DNA of 39,508 nt from a virus (taxonomy: Duplodnaviria; Caudoviricetes). The notes beneath the pieces were generated by a model. It saw nothing but the letters and a program-made list of their open reading frames with translations, was not told the origin of the DNA and searched no databases. Made by a program: the position numbers and the translations under genes. Positions within the stretch are counted from its first letter, which is position 1. The number at the start of each line of letters is the position of its first letter. Positions 18,890-27,734 of this stretch are shown here, piece by piece. The stretch spans positions 1 to 39,508 of IMG/VR virus record IMGVR_UViG_3300038808_000067; one strand, written 5' to 3'.

Positions 18890-19152
18890 GATGGGCTCCT
18901 GCGACGCGCAACTCGGGCGCGTTCTCGATCGATGATTGGGTTCGATCGGCAGCGATCCCCGGCGCTCCGGACGCGAGCCTGGGCTTAACGTCCCCTGGGA
19001 CGCCTCTCCGCGACCGGGCCGCTTTCGCGGGTGTCCACGCCAGAAAGGAAAGGGCCGTCCGGCCCCGGAACTCTCCTCACGGAAGAGCGTCCGAGGCCTT
19101 CAAGCTGGCGCGCAAGCTGAGTGCTCAGCGCGTCGGAGGCAAGCCCCCTGAG
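18890..19152 (-). ncRNA. Candidate structured cis-regulatory RNA leader of the capsid gene
   Basis: 263-nt intergenic gap tiled with at least seven stem-loops, including GAAA and GUGA tetraloops. Confidence 0.45.
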
Positions 19153-20070
19153 TTAACGCAGAGTGTTTCCGCGCTTCGCCGCGAACAGCTTGTTGCGACG
19201 CTCGACATGGTAGGCGTGGTTGGGGTGGTTCTGGTCGTTGATGGCCTTCTCTTCGTCGGATCCCGAAGCCTGGTACTTCGCCAGCTCGGCCTCGGCCTCG
19301 GCCGGCGTCATCACATCGCCGCCAGTCTTGCGACCGCCCCGGCCGCCCGGATCATGGGCGCCAGGCTCGCCCATGGCCTCGGCCACAGCCGCCCAGGCCT
19401 TCAGCGTGCGGGGATCATCGCCCAGGCCGCTGTCCTTCAGATAGGCGCCATACTCCGCGCCGCCGAACTGCGCCGCCATCTCGGCCGCCGCGTCCAGCTT
19501 GACGTCATAGGCCGCGCCCCACTCGGTCCTCAGCGCCTTGTCGCCTGCTTCGCGCGCCTGTTTGAACGCCAGATCGGCGGCCTCGTTCTGCTGTTTGGCG
19601 AACCCCTCGTACCAGGCGACCGCCGCCTCGGCCATCGGCTGGGTCATCGGCCCGGATTTGTGCATATGGGCCAGGAAACTGTCCAGACCGGCCTGGTCCA
19701 GCGACGATCCCTCCGCCGGCTTAAGGCCATACTTGTCCGGGGTCTCGGGCCGGCCGATCCGATCCCAGAACTTGCCGTTGGCCTCGGCGTCGTCGGGCTT
19801 GGGCAGGCGCAGCAGCTGGTCGGGCGAAACCCCCAGATGGCCTTCCAGATGGATCATCCCCCGCGCCAGCGCCTCGGGGCTAGCGGCGTATTTGGAGATG
19901 ACGGCGTGATTGCGCACCTCGTCCGGCAGGTTCAGTTGATCCAGCCAGGACTTGCCGTCGCCCTTAGCCTTATCAGCGGCTGCCGCAGCAGCAGCGGCTG
20001 CAGCGGCGGCGTCATCGCCGCCGCCCTGGCCCTCAGTCCCCGAGTTCTGGATATTCGTCGCGTCGGTCAT
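19153..20070 (-). CDS. Capsid assembly/scaffolding protein
   Basis: Low-complexity poly-Ala N-terminus, IGRPETPDKY, LRTEWGAAYD, NHPNH C-terminus; precedes the capsid gene. Confidence 0.85.
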   Translation of the reverse strand: MTDATNIQNSGTEGQGGGDDAAAAAAAAAAAADKAKGDGKSWLDQLNLPDEVRNHAVISKYAASPEALARGMIHLEGHLGVSPDQLLRLPKPDDAEANGKFWDRIGRPETPDKYGLKPAEGSSLDQAGLDSFLAHMHKSGPMTQPMAEAAVAWYEGFAKQQNEAADLAFKQAREAGDKALRTEWGAAYDVKLDAAAEMAAQFGGAEYGAYLKDSGLGDDPRTLKAWAAVAEAMGEPGAHDPGGRGGRKTGGDVMTPAEAEAELAKYQASGSDEEKAINDQNHPNHAYHVERRNKLFAAKRGNTLR

Positions 20071-20377
20071 ACAGGTAGCCCTCGTTTCCAGTTGTCAGCG
20101 CCTCCGCCATGTGCCGGGCGTCCACGCCCGCCAGCTCGGCGATCATGACGACGCGGTCGCGCTGACCCGCGTCGTAATCTGTATGGCCGGCGACTCCGCT
20201 GGGCGGACCGCGCACGCCGAACACGCGCGCCTCGATCAGCATATCCAGCAGGACCAGGCGGCCCAGTTCCGTGTTGAACAGCGACGCATAGGCCTCGCCG
20301 CGTCGCGCCTCGCGCGTCTCCGGATCCGCCAGCCCGGTCCAGTCCAGTCCGTGACCGGCGGCCGGCGCATCAGTCAT
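20033..20377 (-). CDS. Bbp19-like small head-module protein
   Basis: AYASLFNTELGRLVLLDM...YDAGQR pattern between portal and scaffold. Confidence 0.7.
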   Translation of the reverse strand: MTDAPAAGHGLDWTGLADPETREARRGEAYASLFNTELGRLVLLDMLIEARVFGVRGPPSGVAGHTDYDAGQRDRVVMIAELAGVDARHMAEALTTGNEGYLYDRRDEYPELGD

Positions 20378-20648
20378 CGGCCGGCTCATAGGTGGCGTCG
20401 AAGATCTCGGGCTTGCAGGGATAGATCTCACCCGCCACGCCCCTGATCACCCAGTCGCGCGCCTCGGCCCGCATCGTCCCTTCCAGCGTCCCGACCATGA
20501 TCACCCCGGCGGCGAAAATCAGATCTCCGCGCTCATAGGCGTCGACGGCCCAGGCCGGCAGGTCGCCCCAGGCCTCGGCCGCCGCCTTCAGCAGCGAGGC
20601 GGCCGTGACCGCCTCGATCACCACGGGTCGCTTGCGAAACTTCGCCAT
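20370..20648 (-). CDS. Conserved phage protein of unknown function (KPVVIEA...TLEG...YPCKP.IF..TY family)
   Basis: Recognisable widespread motif set; strong GGAGG RBS. Confidence 0.8.
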   Translation of the reverse strand: MAKFRKRPVVIEAVTAASLLKAAAEAWGDLPAWAVDAYERGDLIFAAGVIMVGTLEGTMRAEARDWVIRGVAGEIYPCKPEIFDATYEPADD

Positions 20649-20660
20649 CGGAATCCTCCC

Positions 20661-22331
20661 TTAGGCCGCCATGGCCATATCGCCGCCCGCCCCCATGGCG
20701 TTGACCATCGAGCTGACGCCCTGGGCGCCGTCGCGCAGGGCTTGGGCCTGTTGCTGGTTCTCGTTCGCCGCCGCTGCGCGCGCCTCGGCCTCGTCCTGTC
20801 TGGCGCGGATCTCGGCCATGGCCTGGCGCGTGCGCAGAACGGCGGGCGGCAAGCCGATGCTGTCGGCCATCACCCGCACCGCCTCTTCGATATCGACGAT
20901 CTGGGCCGCTGCGGGATCGACCTCGGCCATCTGCTGGCGCAGCGCCAGGATCAGGCTGACCGCGTCGCGCTGGCTCTGCAGCTGGGCTAGGGCCATCGGC
21001 CCGGTATAGCCCCAACGCAGCATTAGCCCGCGCAGCGACGCCGGCGGATCGCCGAAGAACCGCTCCTGATCGTTGATCTCGAACGTGCGCGCCGCCAACG
21101 GCCCCATCAGATCGCGCTCGGCCCGCGCCACGATCGGCGACATGCCCCTCAGGCGCATGTCGCGGCGGTCGTTGACCTCGGTCGCGGTCATCGACCCGCT
21201 TTCCCGCAGCCGCATCCAGTCGGTGTAATAGGCGTATTCGACGTTGCGCCGGATCTCGCGGATCAGTTCGACCCCGACGTTGATGTCCCCGGCCGTCACC
21301 AGCGGCCTGACGGCCTGGTCCGCCGTCTGCATCCCCAGCTGTGAGGCCTGGTAATAATTCACCATGCCCCGACGCCGGTCGATGGCCTTCGGGAACATCC
21401 GCAGGGGCGCTATGATCGTCGGATCCACGATCTTTTCGGCGCCGTCGATCACGGCCTCCATGATCGCGTTCAGCATCCGCAGATCCGACAGGGCCGTGTG
21501 GGACGGGCCATAGCCATAGACCTCGCCCGGTCGCACGCCGAAGCGCGGTACGGCGTAGGGGAAGCTGTCGTAACCGCTCTCCTCGACCACCACCTTGTCC
21601 TCGACCAGGACGATGACCTGCGAGAAGGGCTTGGCCACCGCCGCCAGGCCGGGCCGTCCGCCGATCCGGGGCTCCACCGCCATCAGCATCTTGACCATGG
21701 CGTTGTCGGACCGCTTGGCGGCCTCTTTAACGCTGCGCAGCTCGGCCGTCGCCGGCCATTTGTGCATCACGCGCCAGGCCGGCAGCTCGAAGGCGTAGTA
21801 CAGGGTGTCGATTTCGCCGTCTTCGTTCTCGGCGATCCAGCAATTCCAGATCGAACGGCTCTGGTAGCGCGCGCCGAAACCCCGCTTTCGCCCGGTCCAG
21901 ATCACGGCCGTCGCCTTCGACGCCCAGTCCGTCAGGGCCTCGGGAACCGCGACGGTGAACCCGCTCTCGGCCGCCATGAAATGCCCGTGCAGGCCCCACA
22001 TGACGCCGTCCATGTAGTCGCGGCCGTCGCCGTCTATGTCGTCGGCCGCGCGGCCGGCGGCGATCAGGCCGGATCCGACATCGGGCCGCACGAACGGCAT
22101 GGACGCCGAGGCGAGAAAGCCAAAGGTCATGGCCGCCAAGCGGTCGGTCGAGATCATGCCGGTGGCGTCCACCACCCGCCGGTCCCGGATCTCGCCCGGT
22201 CCGCGCGTGATCAGCTGGCTGCGCCGCGGCGTGCAATAGGTGTCGATATCGCGCCAGTCCTGCTCGAAGGGTAGGCGCGCCTGTTTCAACTCATCCCAGC
22301 GCCGCAGGATCGGCTTGACCTCGGCCGCCAT
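20661..22331 (-). CDS. Portal (head-tail connector) protein, T7 gp8-like
   Basis: 556 aa; DATG, FPYAVPRF...GEVYGYGP and MTATEV motifs. Confidence 0.93.
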   Translation of the reverse strand: MAAEVKPILRRWDELKQARLPFEQDWRDIDTYCTPRRSQLITRGPGEIRDRRVVDATGMISTDRLAAMTFGFLASASMPFVRPDVGSGLIAAGRAADDIDGDGRDYMDGVMWGLHGHFMAAESGFTVAVPEALTDWASKATAVIWTGRKRGFGARYQSRSIWNCWIAENEDGEIDTLYYAFELPAWRVMHKWPATAELRSVKEAAKRSDNAMVKMLMAVEPRIGGRPGLAAVAKPFSQVIVLVEDKVVVEESGYDSFPYAVPRFGVRPGEVYGYGPSHTALSDLRMLNAIMEAVIDGAEKIVDPTIIAPLRMFPKAIDRRRGMVNYYQASQLGMQTADQAVRPLVTAGDINVGVELIREIRRNVEYAYYTDWMRLRESGSMTATEVNDRRDMRLRGMSPIVARAERDLMGPLAARTFEINDQERFFGDPPASLRGLMLRWGYTGPMALAQLQSQRDAVSLILALRQQMAEVDPAAAQIVDIEEAVRVMADSIGLPPAVLRTRQAMAEIRARQDEAEARAAAANENQQQAQALRDGAQGVSSMVNAMGAGGDMAMAA

Positions 22332-22528
22332 CAGCCGCCCATCCCAACCAGGGCCTGGCGGATCGGTTGCCCCGAGGCGCGCGCCTCCATGGCGTCGGTC
22401 AGTATGGTCGAAGCCGAGCCGCCGCTGTTGAGACGACGAAGACGCGCCTCCCCCTTGCGGTTGGCGACGTCGTTCGGATCGACCACCGGATCAGGCTTGG
22501 GGGCTTTCGGACGAAACAGACTTCCCAT
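22331..22528 (-). CDS. Small virion protein upstream of portal
   Basis: MGSLF.PKAP...STILT pattern typical of the pre-portal gene in podoviruses. Confidence 0.7.
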   Translation of the reverse strand: MGSLFRPKAPKPDPVVDPNDVANRKGEARLRRLNSGGSASTILTDAMEARASGQPIRQALVGMGG

Positions 22529-22537
22529 GGGACGCTC

Positions 22538-24061
22538 CTAGAAGATCGGTTGCGGCATCAGAGCCGGATCGACATCGAACCCGTCGCCGCCCATGCCGAA
22601 GAAGCCGGTCAGCCCCTCCCCGCCCAGGACGCCGTACTCGCAGCCCTCCGCGATGTGCGAGTGCAGGTTCTTTTCGGGGATGGCTTCCGGCTTTCCGCCG
22701 TCGCCCTTCTTGTACCGGAAGCCTCCGGCCAGCGACCGGATCAGATAGGTGCAGCTGGGGTCGATCAGGAAGCCGTTGCGCTGTTCCAGCACCTTCTTCA
22801 GGGCGCCGCGCCGTTCGCCGGGCTTGTTCGTCGGGGCCAGTTGGACCTCGATCCCGGTCAGGGCCTGAAGCTGCTGGCCGTAGGTCATGATCTGCTGACC
22901 GCCGTTGCCGCTAAACGCCATCCCCTGGGCCATGGCGGGGTCGCCGATGATTACGGCCCCCTTGGAGCGCTTGATTTTGGTGTTCAGGATCTTCGTGATC
23001 TGCTGCGCCAGCTCTTCGACCGAACAGCGGGACTGGGGCGCATACTCGCCGTGGACGCGCCACTGCAGATGATGCGGGTTCTGCATCACACAGGCCGAGG
23101 GGAACAGGGTATTGGCGCCGCCGTCGCAGCCGATGATCACTGGCTTGTAGGGATCGACCTCAAGCGGCCGTTCCGAGACATGGTCCAGCTCTTCGAACGC
23201 CTCGTGGACCGGCGTCGAGTGGCGGCTGTACCCCGGCTTGCAGGCCAGGAACCGCATCCGTTGCCAGCGCTGCATGTCTTTCGCCAGCGTCTCGTACCAG
23301 CGCGGGTCGCGACGACCGAGGTTCTGCAGGTTTTCCGCATCGGGGTTCTGCCGATAGGCCCCGCCCTTGCTCTCGACCAGAATTCCGGCCGGCTGCAGGA
23401 ACAGGTGCCAGTGCGAGGGCCGACCCGCGCTCAGCCAGAACTGATGATAGAACCAGTCGTCGATATCCGGCACGTTGGCGTCGCCGAAGACGCCGGCATA
23501 GGCTGGAACCCGCTCCTGCCCCGGATCCGCCAGCGGCGCGCAATGCTCCATCGGCGGGTAACGGCCGACACGCTGCGCCGCCAGTTCGACGATCGCGCGC
23601 GGCAGGGTGTCCATTTCGGTCAGCCACCAGGCGGTGACTTCCAGACCCCGCACGAAGTCTTCCAGATCGATGTCCTGGACGGCCCGGAACATGACCTCGA
23701 CATCTAGGATACTCCCCGTCAGAGCGTCGCGGATCTGGTAATGGTGGTCGGCCTGACGGTTCTTCGTCCCCTTCACCTCGCCGAAGATGGAGGCGGGGTA
23801 GGTCTGGCGGTAGCTGGGCAGCACCTTGTCCCAGATGTCGCCATAGGTCCGCGCCAGGCAGCAGATACGGGCTCGACGTATGCCGTCGATCGGGCTAGCG
23901 TCCTGCAGACGGGCTACGCGGATCACCCTCTTCGACGAAGAGATGGTTTTCCCACCACCAACTGGACCGAGGATCGCCGCGACACGCGCGCGCGATTGCT
24001 CATAGGCGTTCGAAACCGGGCCGGCCGGACGACTTTGCAAGATTTCGAGAGAAGCGGCCAC
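22538..24061 (-). CDS. terL: Terminase large subunit
   Basis: Walker A GPVGGGKT, RGLEVT..WLTE Walker B, IIGCD and IGDPA nuclease motifs, KNLHSHIAEG; GTG start. Confidence 0.9.
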   Translation of the reverse strand: MAASLEILQSRPAGPVSNAYEQSRARVAAILGPVGGGKTISSSKRVIRVARLQDASPIDGIRRARICCLARTYGDIWDKVLPSYRQTYPASIFGEVKGTKNRQADHHYQIRDALTGSILDVEVMFRAVQDIDLEDFVRGLEVTAWWLTEMDTLPRAIVELAAQRVGRYPPMEHCAPLADPGQERVPAYAGVFGDANVPDIDDWFYHQFWLSAGRPSHWHLFLQPAGILVESKGGAYRQNPDAENLQNLGRRDPRWYETLAKDMQRWQRMRFLACKPGYSRHSTPVHEAFEELDHVSERPLEVDPYKPVIIGCDGGANTLFPSACVMQNPHHLQWRVHGEYAPQSRCSVEELAQQITKILNTKIKRSKGAVIIGDPAMAQGMAFSGNGGQQIMTYGQQLQALTGIEVQLAPTNKPGERRGALKKVLEQRNGFLIDPSCTYLIRSLAGGFRYKKGDGGKPEAIPEKNLHSHIAEGCEYGVLGGEGLTGFFGMGGDGFDVDPALMPQPIF

Positions 24062-24112
24062 CCGGACCCCGGACCCATGAGCGAGGCCCGGAGTTTCGGC
24101 CGCCTTCCGGGG

Positions 24113-24127
24113 CTGGACGGTAAAATC
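24113..24127 (-). promoter_or_regulatory. Late-promoter-like motif upstream of terL
   Basis: GATTTTACCGTCCAG followed 15 nt later by GAAACT. Confidence 0.55.
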
Positions 24128-24260
24128 CCGAGGCTATGCTCGCTCATAGAACACCCACCCGAGAAACCGGCGCGGCCCGGTTTTGGGGGGTAGGGGGTCA
24201 AGAGGGGTGGGGGGGTCTGGGCCAGCCGGACCACACCACATCATCCGTGATGACGTGCTG

Positions 24261-24863
24261 TCAGGCGTCCTCGTCAGGCCACGACTGGCCGTCGTCGTCG
24301 CCGTGAGCCTTTGGCGGTGAGCTTTCGCCCTGTTCCGCATCGTTTGTCGATATCTCGCGCCAGTCGGTCACGTCGATCATGGCGCCGTCGTCGGGCGGGT
24401 TGCCGTCCACCAGATCAGGCCGAACAGGCACGTCCCCGAACACCACCACAGGCATGATCGGCCCGCCCTTGGCGTCCAGCTCCACGCGCGCAGTCGGACG
24501 GCCCTCCTCGTAGGCCGCGACCAGCTCTGCGACCCGCATCCAGCGGTCGAAGACCTCGGCGGCCTTGGTGATGCCCGTGACCTTGGCGAAGTCGTCCAGG
24601 CTCAGTTCCGCCAGCTCCTTCAGCGCGAGCAGCGTTGGCCTCTTCGTGGCCTTGATCAGCTGGACGACGTTGACGTTGGTCCGGTTCTTCGACCCCTTAG
24701 GCCGACCAGGACGGCGGATGCCGACGCCTTTGTCGGCCATCTGGACCGAGATCGGGCTTTCGAAGTCGTCGAAGATGCCGAGATCCAGTTGATCGCCAGC
24801 CGCCGGCTCATCGCCCGCGTCGATCAAGGCCCTCAGGTCCGCATGTAGCCCGCGTTCGCTCAT
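24261..24863 (-). CDS. Putative terminase small subunit
   Basis: GRPKGSKNR motif, helical core, acidic tail; upstream of terL. Confidence 0.7.
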   Translation of the reverse strand: MSERGLHADLRALIDAGDEPAAGDQLDLGIFDDFESPISVQMADKGVGIRRPGRPKGSKNRTNVNVVQLIKATKRPTLLALKELAELSLDDFAKVTGITKAAEVFDRWMRVAELVAAYEEGRPTARVELDAKGGPIMPVVVFGDVPVRPDLVDGNPPDDGAMIDVTDWREISTNDAEQGESSPPKAHGDDDGQSWPDEDA

Positions 24864-24894
24864 TTCAGGCCCATTTTTAATCGGTCCGGCCGAT

Positions 24895-24905
24895 CTGGAC
24901 GGTAA
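24895..24905 (-). promoter_or_regulatory. Late-promoter-like motif upstream of terS
   Basis: TTACCGTCCAG followed 15 nt later by TAAAAAT. Confidence 0.55.
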
Positions 24906-24912
24906 GCGCCGC

Positions 24913-25187
24913 CTGTTCCGGCCGTTCCGAGGCCTGAAGGCGCAGCCGGAACAGCCTCAAATCCAGCGATGACGGGCCTCTTAGAGAGATGTTCCACCTG
25001 TTCCGGGTGTTCCAGTATATTCAGCATCGCGCGCGCGCACGAGGGAGAGCGCGTCACGATGACAGGCGCGCGCATATACGGAGGGGCCGGAACACCCGGA
25101 ACAGGTGGAACACGCCACCAACCCATTGATTTAGAGTGATTTTTTCTGTTCCACCCCGAGGTGGAACGGCCGGAACAGCCGGAACAG
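24913..25187. repeat. Nested inverted GGAAC/GTTCC iteron array, probable replication origin
   Basis: Perfect 24-bp inverted repeat 24990-25013/25089-25112 and 16-bp inverted repeat 24913-24928/25163-25178 around a CG-alternating centre; downstream of the helicase gene. Confidence 0.75.
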
Positions 25188-25547
25188 ACGACGCAACAGC
25201 CGCCTGGACGCACACCCTCCCCCGGACCCGCTGTGAAAGCAAGGCCCGGCTCCGGATAAACATTTGCGAGACAGTCTCAACACCGCGCGCCGCCTAGGCT
25301 CTCGCCTCACTAAGGGTCCGGGTGTGGGTGGGTGGGTCGGGGCGACAGCGCCGCGCCAGGCGCGCCGCTGGGGACAGAGGAAGGGGATTAGGGGCCATGC
25401 GCGCACCACTCGGCTGCGCCTCGCTGCGCATGGCGGTCGCCTCCCCATGCCTGATCGGCATGGAGAGGCTCCATTTGCATGATCACTGCCGTGGACGTGT
25501 CACACGGCGGGGCTCAGATCGCTGATGTAACCCCGCCGGGGTCGGGG

Positions 25548-27734
25548 TCAGAAGGGGATATCATCCCCACCGGGTCCGGGGTCGTCATGGTCGCTGGGCG
25601 GCGGCCCGTCGCCACCGTGCAGCAATCGCCCCCTGTTCGTCTCCATCTCGCCGTCGCCGGCGGCGTCGATGATCTTGTCGAGCGCCAGGATCGAGCATTG
25701 CACCGACCGCCCGTCCACCCGCTGCTTGCGATGATCGGCCAAGTCGTCCGGCGCAAACTTCAACGCCGTGGCCCAGCCGCCCGTCACGGCCCCCACGCCC
25801 ATGGACCAGAGGCTGTCGCGGAACAGCTTGGCCACCTCCATGTGGTTCGAGGGGATGGCCAGGCACAGCCGGCCCTTCAGCGGCCCCTCGGTCGGGGTGC
25901 ACAGCCCCAGCCCCGCCGTCGACAGCCGATCCCGCGCGACCGAGGGCTGAACCTCGTCCACGTCGTCCTTGGGCCTATCGTCCAGGATCGCGGTCAGGAA
26001 CTCACCCACAGACCGGTATTTGTAGCTGCGCCACGCCTCGGGCTGGCTCTGCAGCAGCCGGTCGATGCACTTCTCCCAGTTCGCCCGGTCTTCCTGGGTC
26101 TCGGCCATCTTCGACCGGGGCAGACAGGCCGCCAGCGGCTCAATGTCCTTTTTCAACGGCACGCCGTCGTGCAGGACCAGGTGCGCCGCCGCCAGCAGCG
26201 TGCCGAAGGTGTCGGCCGCCCGGCTGTCATGGTCATGGCTCAGCAGGACGCCGCGCCACTTGTCCAGCACCTCGGGCCATTCGTGCCACCGATCCACGAC
26301 CCGGCGCAGCAGATGCTGCCCGAATTCTGCCCCCAAAGCCTCGCTCAGCTCGGGGGCCTTGGCCTTGGCGTCGGTCAGCTTGCCCAGCATCGGCATGGCG
26401 ATCCGGCTCAGCTCGGCCGGCTTCATCGGCGGCGGATTGATCCCGGTGAAGCCGAACACCCCCCGCGCCGTATAGTTGGTGGGCACGCCCTCGGCCCCGC
26501 CCCGCACGACGTTCTTGCCGTCCGAGGCGTATCGAGCCAGGCGCATGACCGAGGCGGACCGCGCGTCGGCCGCGCTGTCGCCCTCCTGTTCGAATTCGTC
26601 GGTCCATACGCCGATGGCAGCGAGGCCCAGTGACTGATAGATCCCCGGCCCGGTCGGATCGGCCAGGTCCATCAACCGGTCGCCCAGCACGCGCTTGATC
26701 AGCTTCAGCAGCGACGACTTGCCCGACGCCTTGTCCCCGATGGGATAGACCGCCGGCTTCCAGTCGTTGGCGTCGCCCAGCAGCACACAGACCATGTAGC
26801 CCAGCACCAGATAGGGATCCAACTCGGGCCGCTTCCAGTTCCAGGTCCGGAACGACTTCATCAGCCACCGTCCCGGCATCCGCGACCGGTCGTCCTCGTC
26901 CAGCAGCCCGGCCTCCTCAAACACCATCGCCAGCTCGTTCGAGAAATCCGCGTCGGCCGGCGGCGGCAGATCCACGTCACGGGCGTAGATATGGCCCTCG
27001 ACGTCGCCCAGCGGCCGCAGCTCGCCGCCGATCCACAGTTCGGATCCCAGATGCAGCACCAGCACCCCACCCGGCGTCCGCCAGGCCCCGCGCCCGCGCA
27101 CCCGCCGCATGGGATCGAACAGACCCTGCCGCGACACCAGCCGCCCGCACGCCCCGATCAGGTGACGACTGACGTCCTCGTACTTGATCCTCAACTCGCC
27201 GTTCGAAGACATCTTCGAGTAGAACGACCACAGGTAACCGATGGCCGGTCCGAACAGATTGTTGACCTCGGTCTGCTGACCGATCTTCGTCGCCGTCATC
27301 TCAATGAACTCGTCATTGGTGTCGAGGAAATACAGGTGCGACTTTTTCTTGCCGAGGGGGCGCACCGGCATGTGCGGCGGCAGGCCCAGTTCGTCCGGCG
27401 CCCAGGTGAAGCCCTGGATCACGCGCGCGGCCTCCTCGGCCGCCTTGGCCTTGGCGCTACGCTCGCGCGGCAAGGTCACATCCAGCAGCGCCTTGCGCGC
27501 GGCCGCGAACGCCTCCTCCGACGTCGCCGGCGGAATGGATCCATGGGTGAACGCCTCGTCGGCCGCCTCCGCATCCACCGAACCGTCGTCCCCGCCCTCA
27601 AGATCGGGTTCGGGGTCCAGCCGGTCCGGCTTGTCGGGCTCTATGCCGTCCAGCCTGTCGAGGGCGCGTTGGCGCTTCTCCTCGGCCTCGGCCACCTTGG
27701 CCTTGCGCGCGGCCTTCTTCTGTTCAGGGGTCAC
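25548..27734 (-). CDS. Replicative helicase (SF3-like P-loop NTPase)
   Basis: GDKASGKS Walker A, VWTDEFE Walker B, TGINPP motif C, acidic ...DDIPF tail; GTG start. Confidence 0.82.
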   Translation of the reverse strand: MTPEQKKAARKAKVAEAEEKRQRALDRLDGIEPDKPDRLDPEPDLEGGDDGSVDAEAADEAFTHGSIPPATSEEAFAAARKALLDVTLPRERSAKAKAAEEAARVIQGFTWAPDELGLPPHMPVRPLGKKKSHLYFLDTNDEFIEMTATKIGQQTEVNNLFGPAIGYLWSFYSKMSSNGELRIKYEDVSRHLIGACGRLVSRQGLFDPMRRVRGRGAWRTPGGVLVLHLGSELWIGGELRPLGDVEGHIYARDVDLPPPADADFSNELAMVFEEAGLLDEDDRSRMPGRWLMKSFRTWNWKRPELDPYLVLGYMVCVLLGDANDWKPAVYPIGDKASGKSSLLKLIKRVLGDRLMDLADPTGPGIYQSLGLAAIGVWTDEFEQEGDSAADARSASVMRLARYASDGKNVVRGGAEGVPTNYTARGVFGFTGINPPPMKPAELSRIAMPMLGKLTDAKAKAPELSEALGAEFGQHLLRRVVDRWHEWPEVLDKWRGVLLSHDHDSRAADTFGTLLAAAHLVLHDGVPLKKDIEPLAACLPRSKMAETQEDRANWEKCIDRLLQSQPEAWRSYKYRSVGEFLTAILDDRPKDDVDEVQPSVARDRLSTAGLGLCTPTEGPLKGRLCLAIPSNHMEVAKLFRDSLWSMGVGAVTGGWATALKFAPDDLADHRKQRVDGRSVQCSILALDKIIDAAGDGEMETNRGRLLHGGDGPPPSDHDDPGPGGDDIPF

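Noticed and set aside
19975-20011. GCA/GCC triplet run as a contingency repeat
   Set aside because: Mixed codons encoding a poly-Ala linker common in scaffold N-termini; length change would keep the frame
24860-25213. 117-aa ORF or CRISPR-like array over the GGAAC repeats
   Set aside because: The VP-rich translation is a by-product of the iterons; the repeats are short, inverted and lack unique spacers
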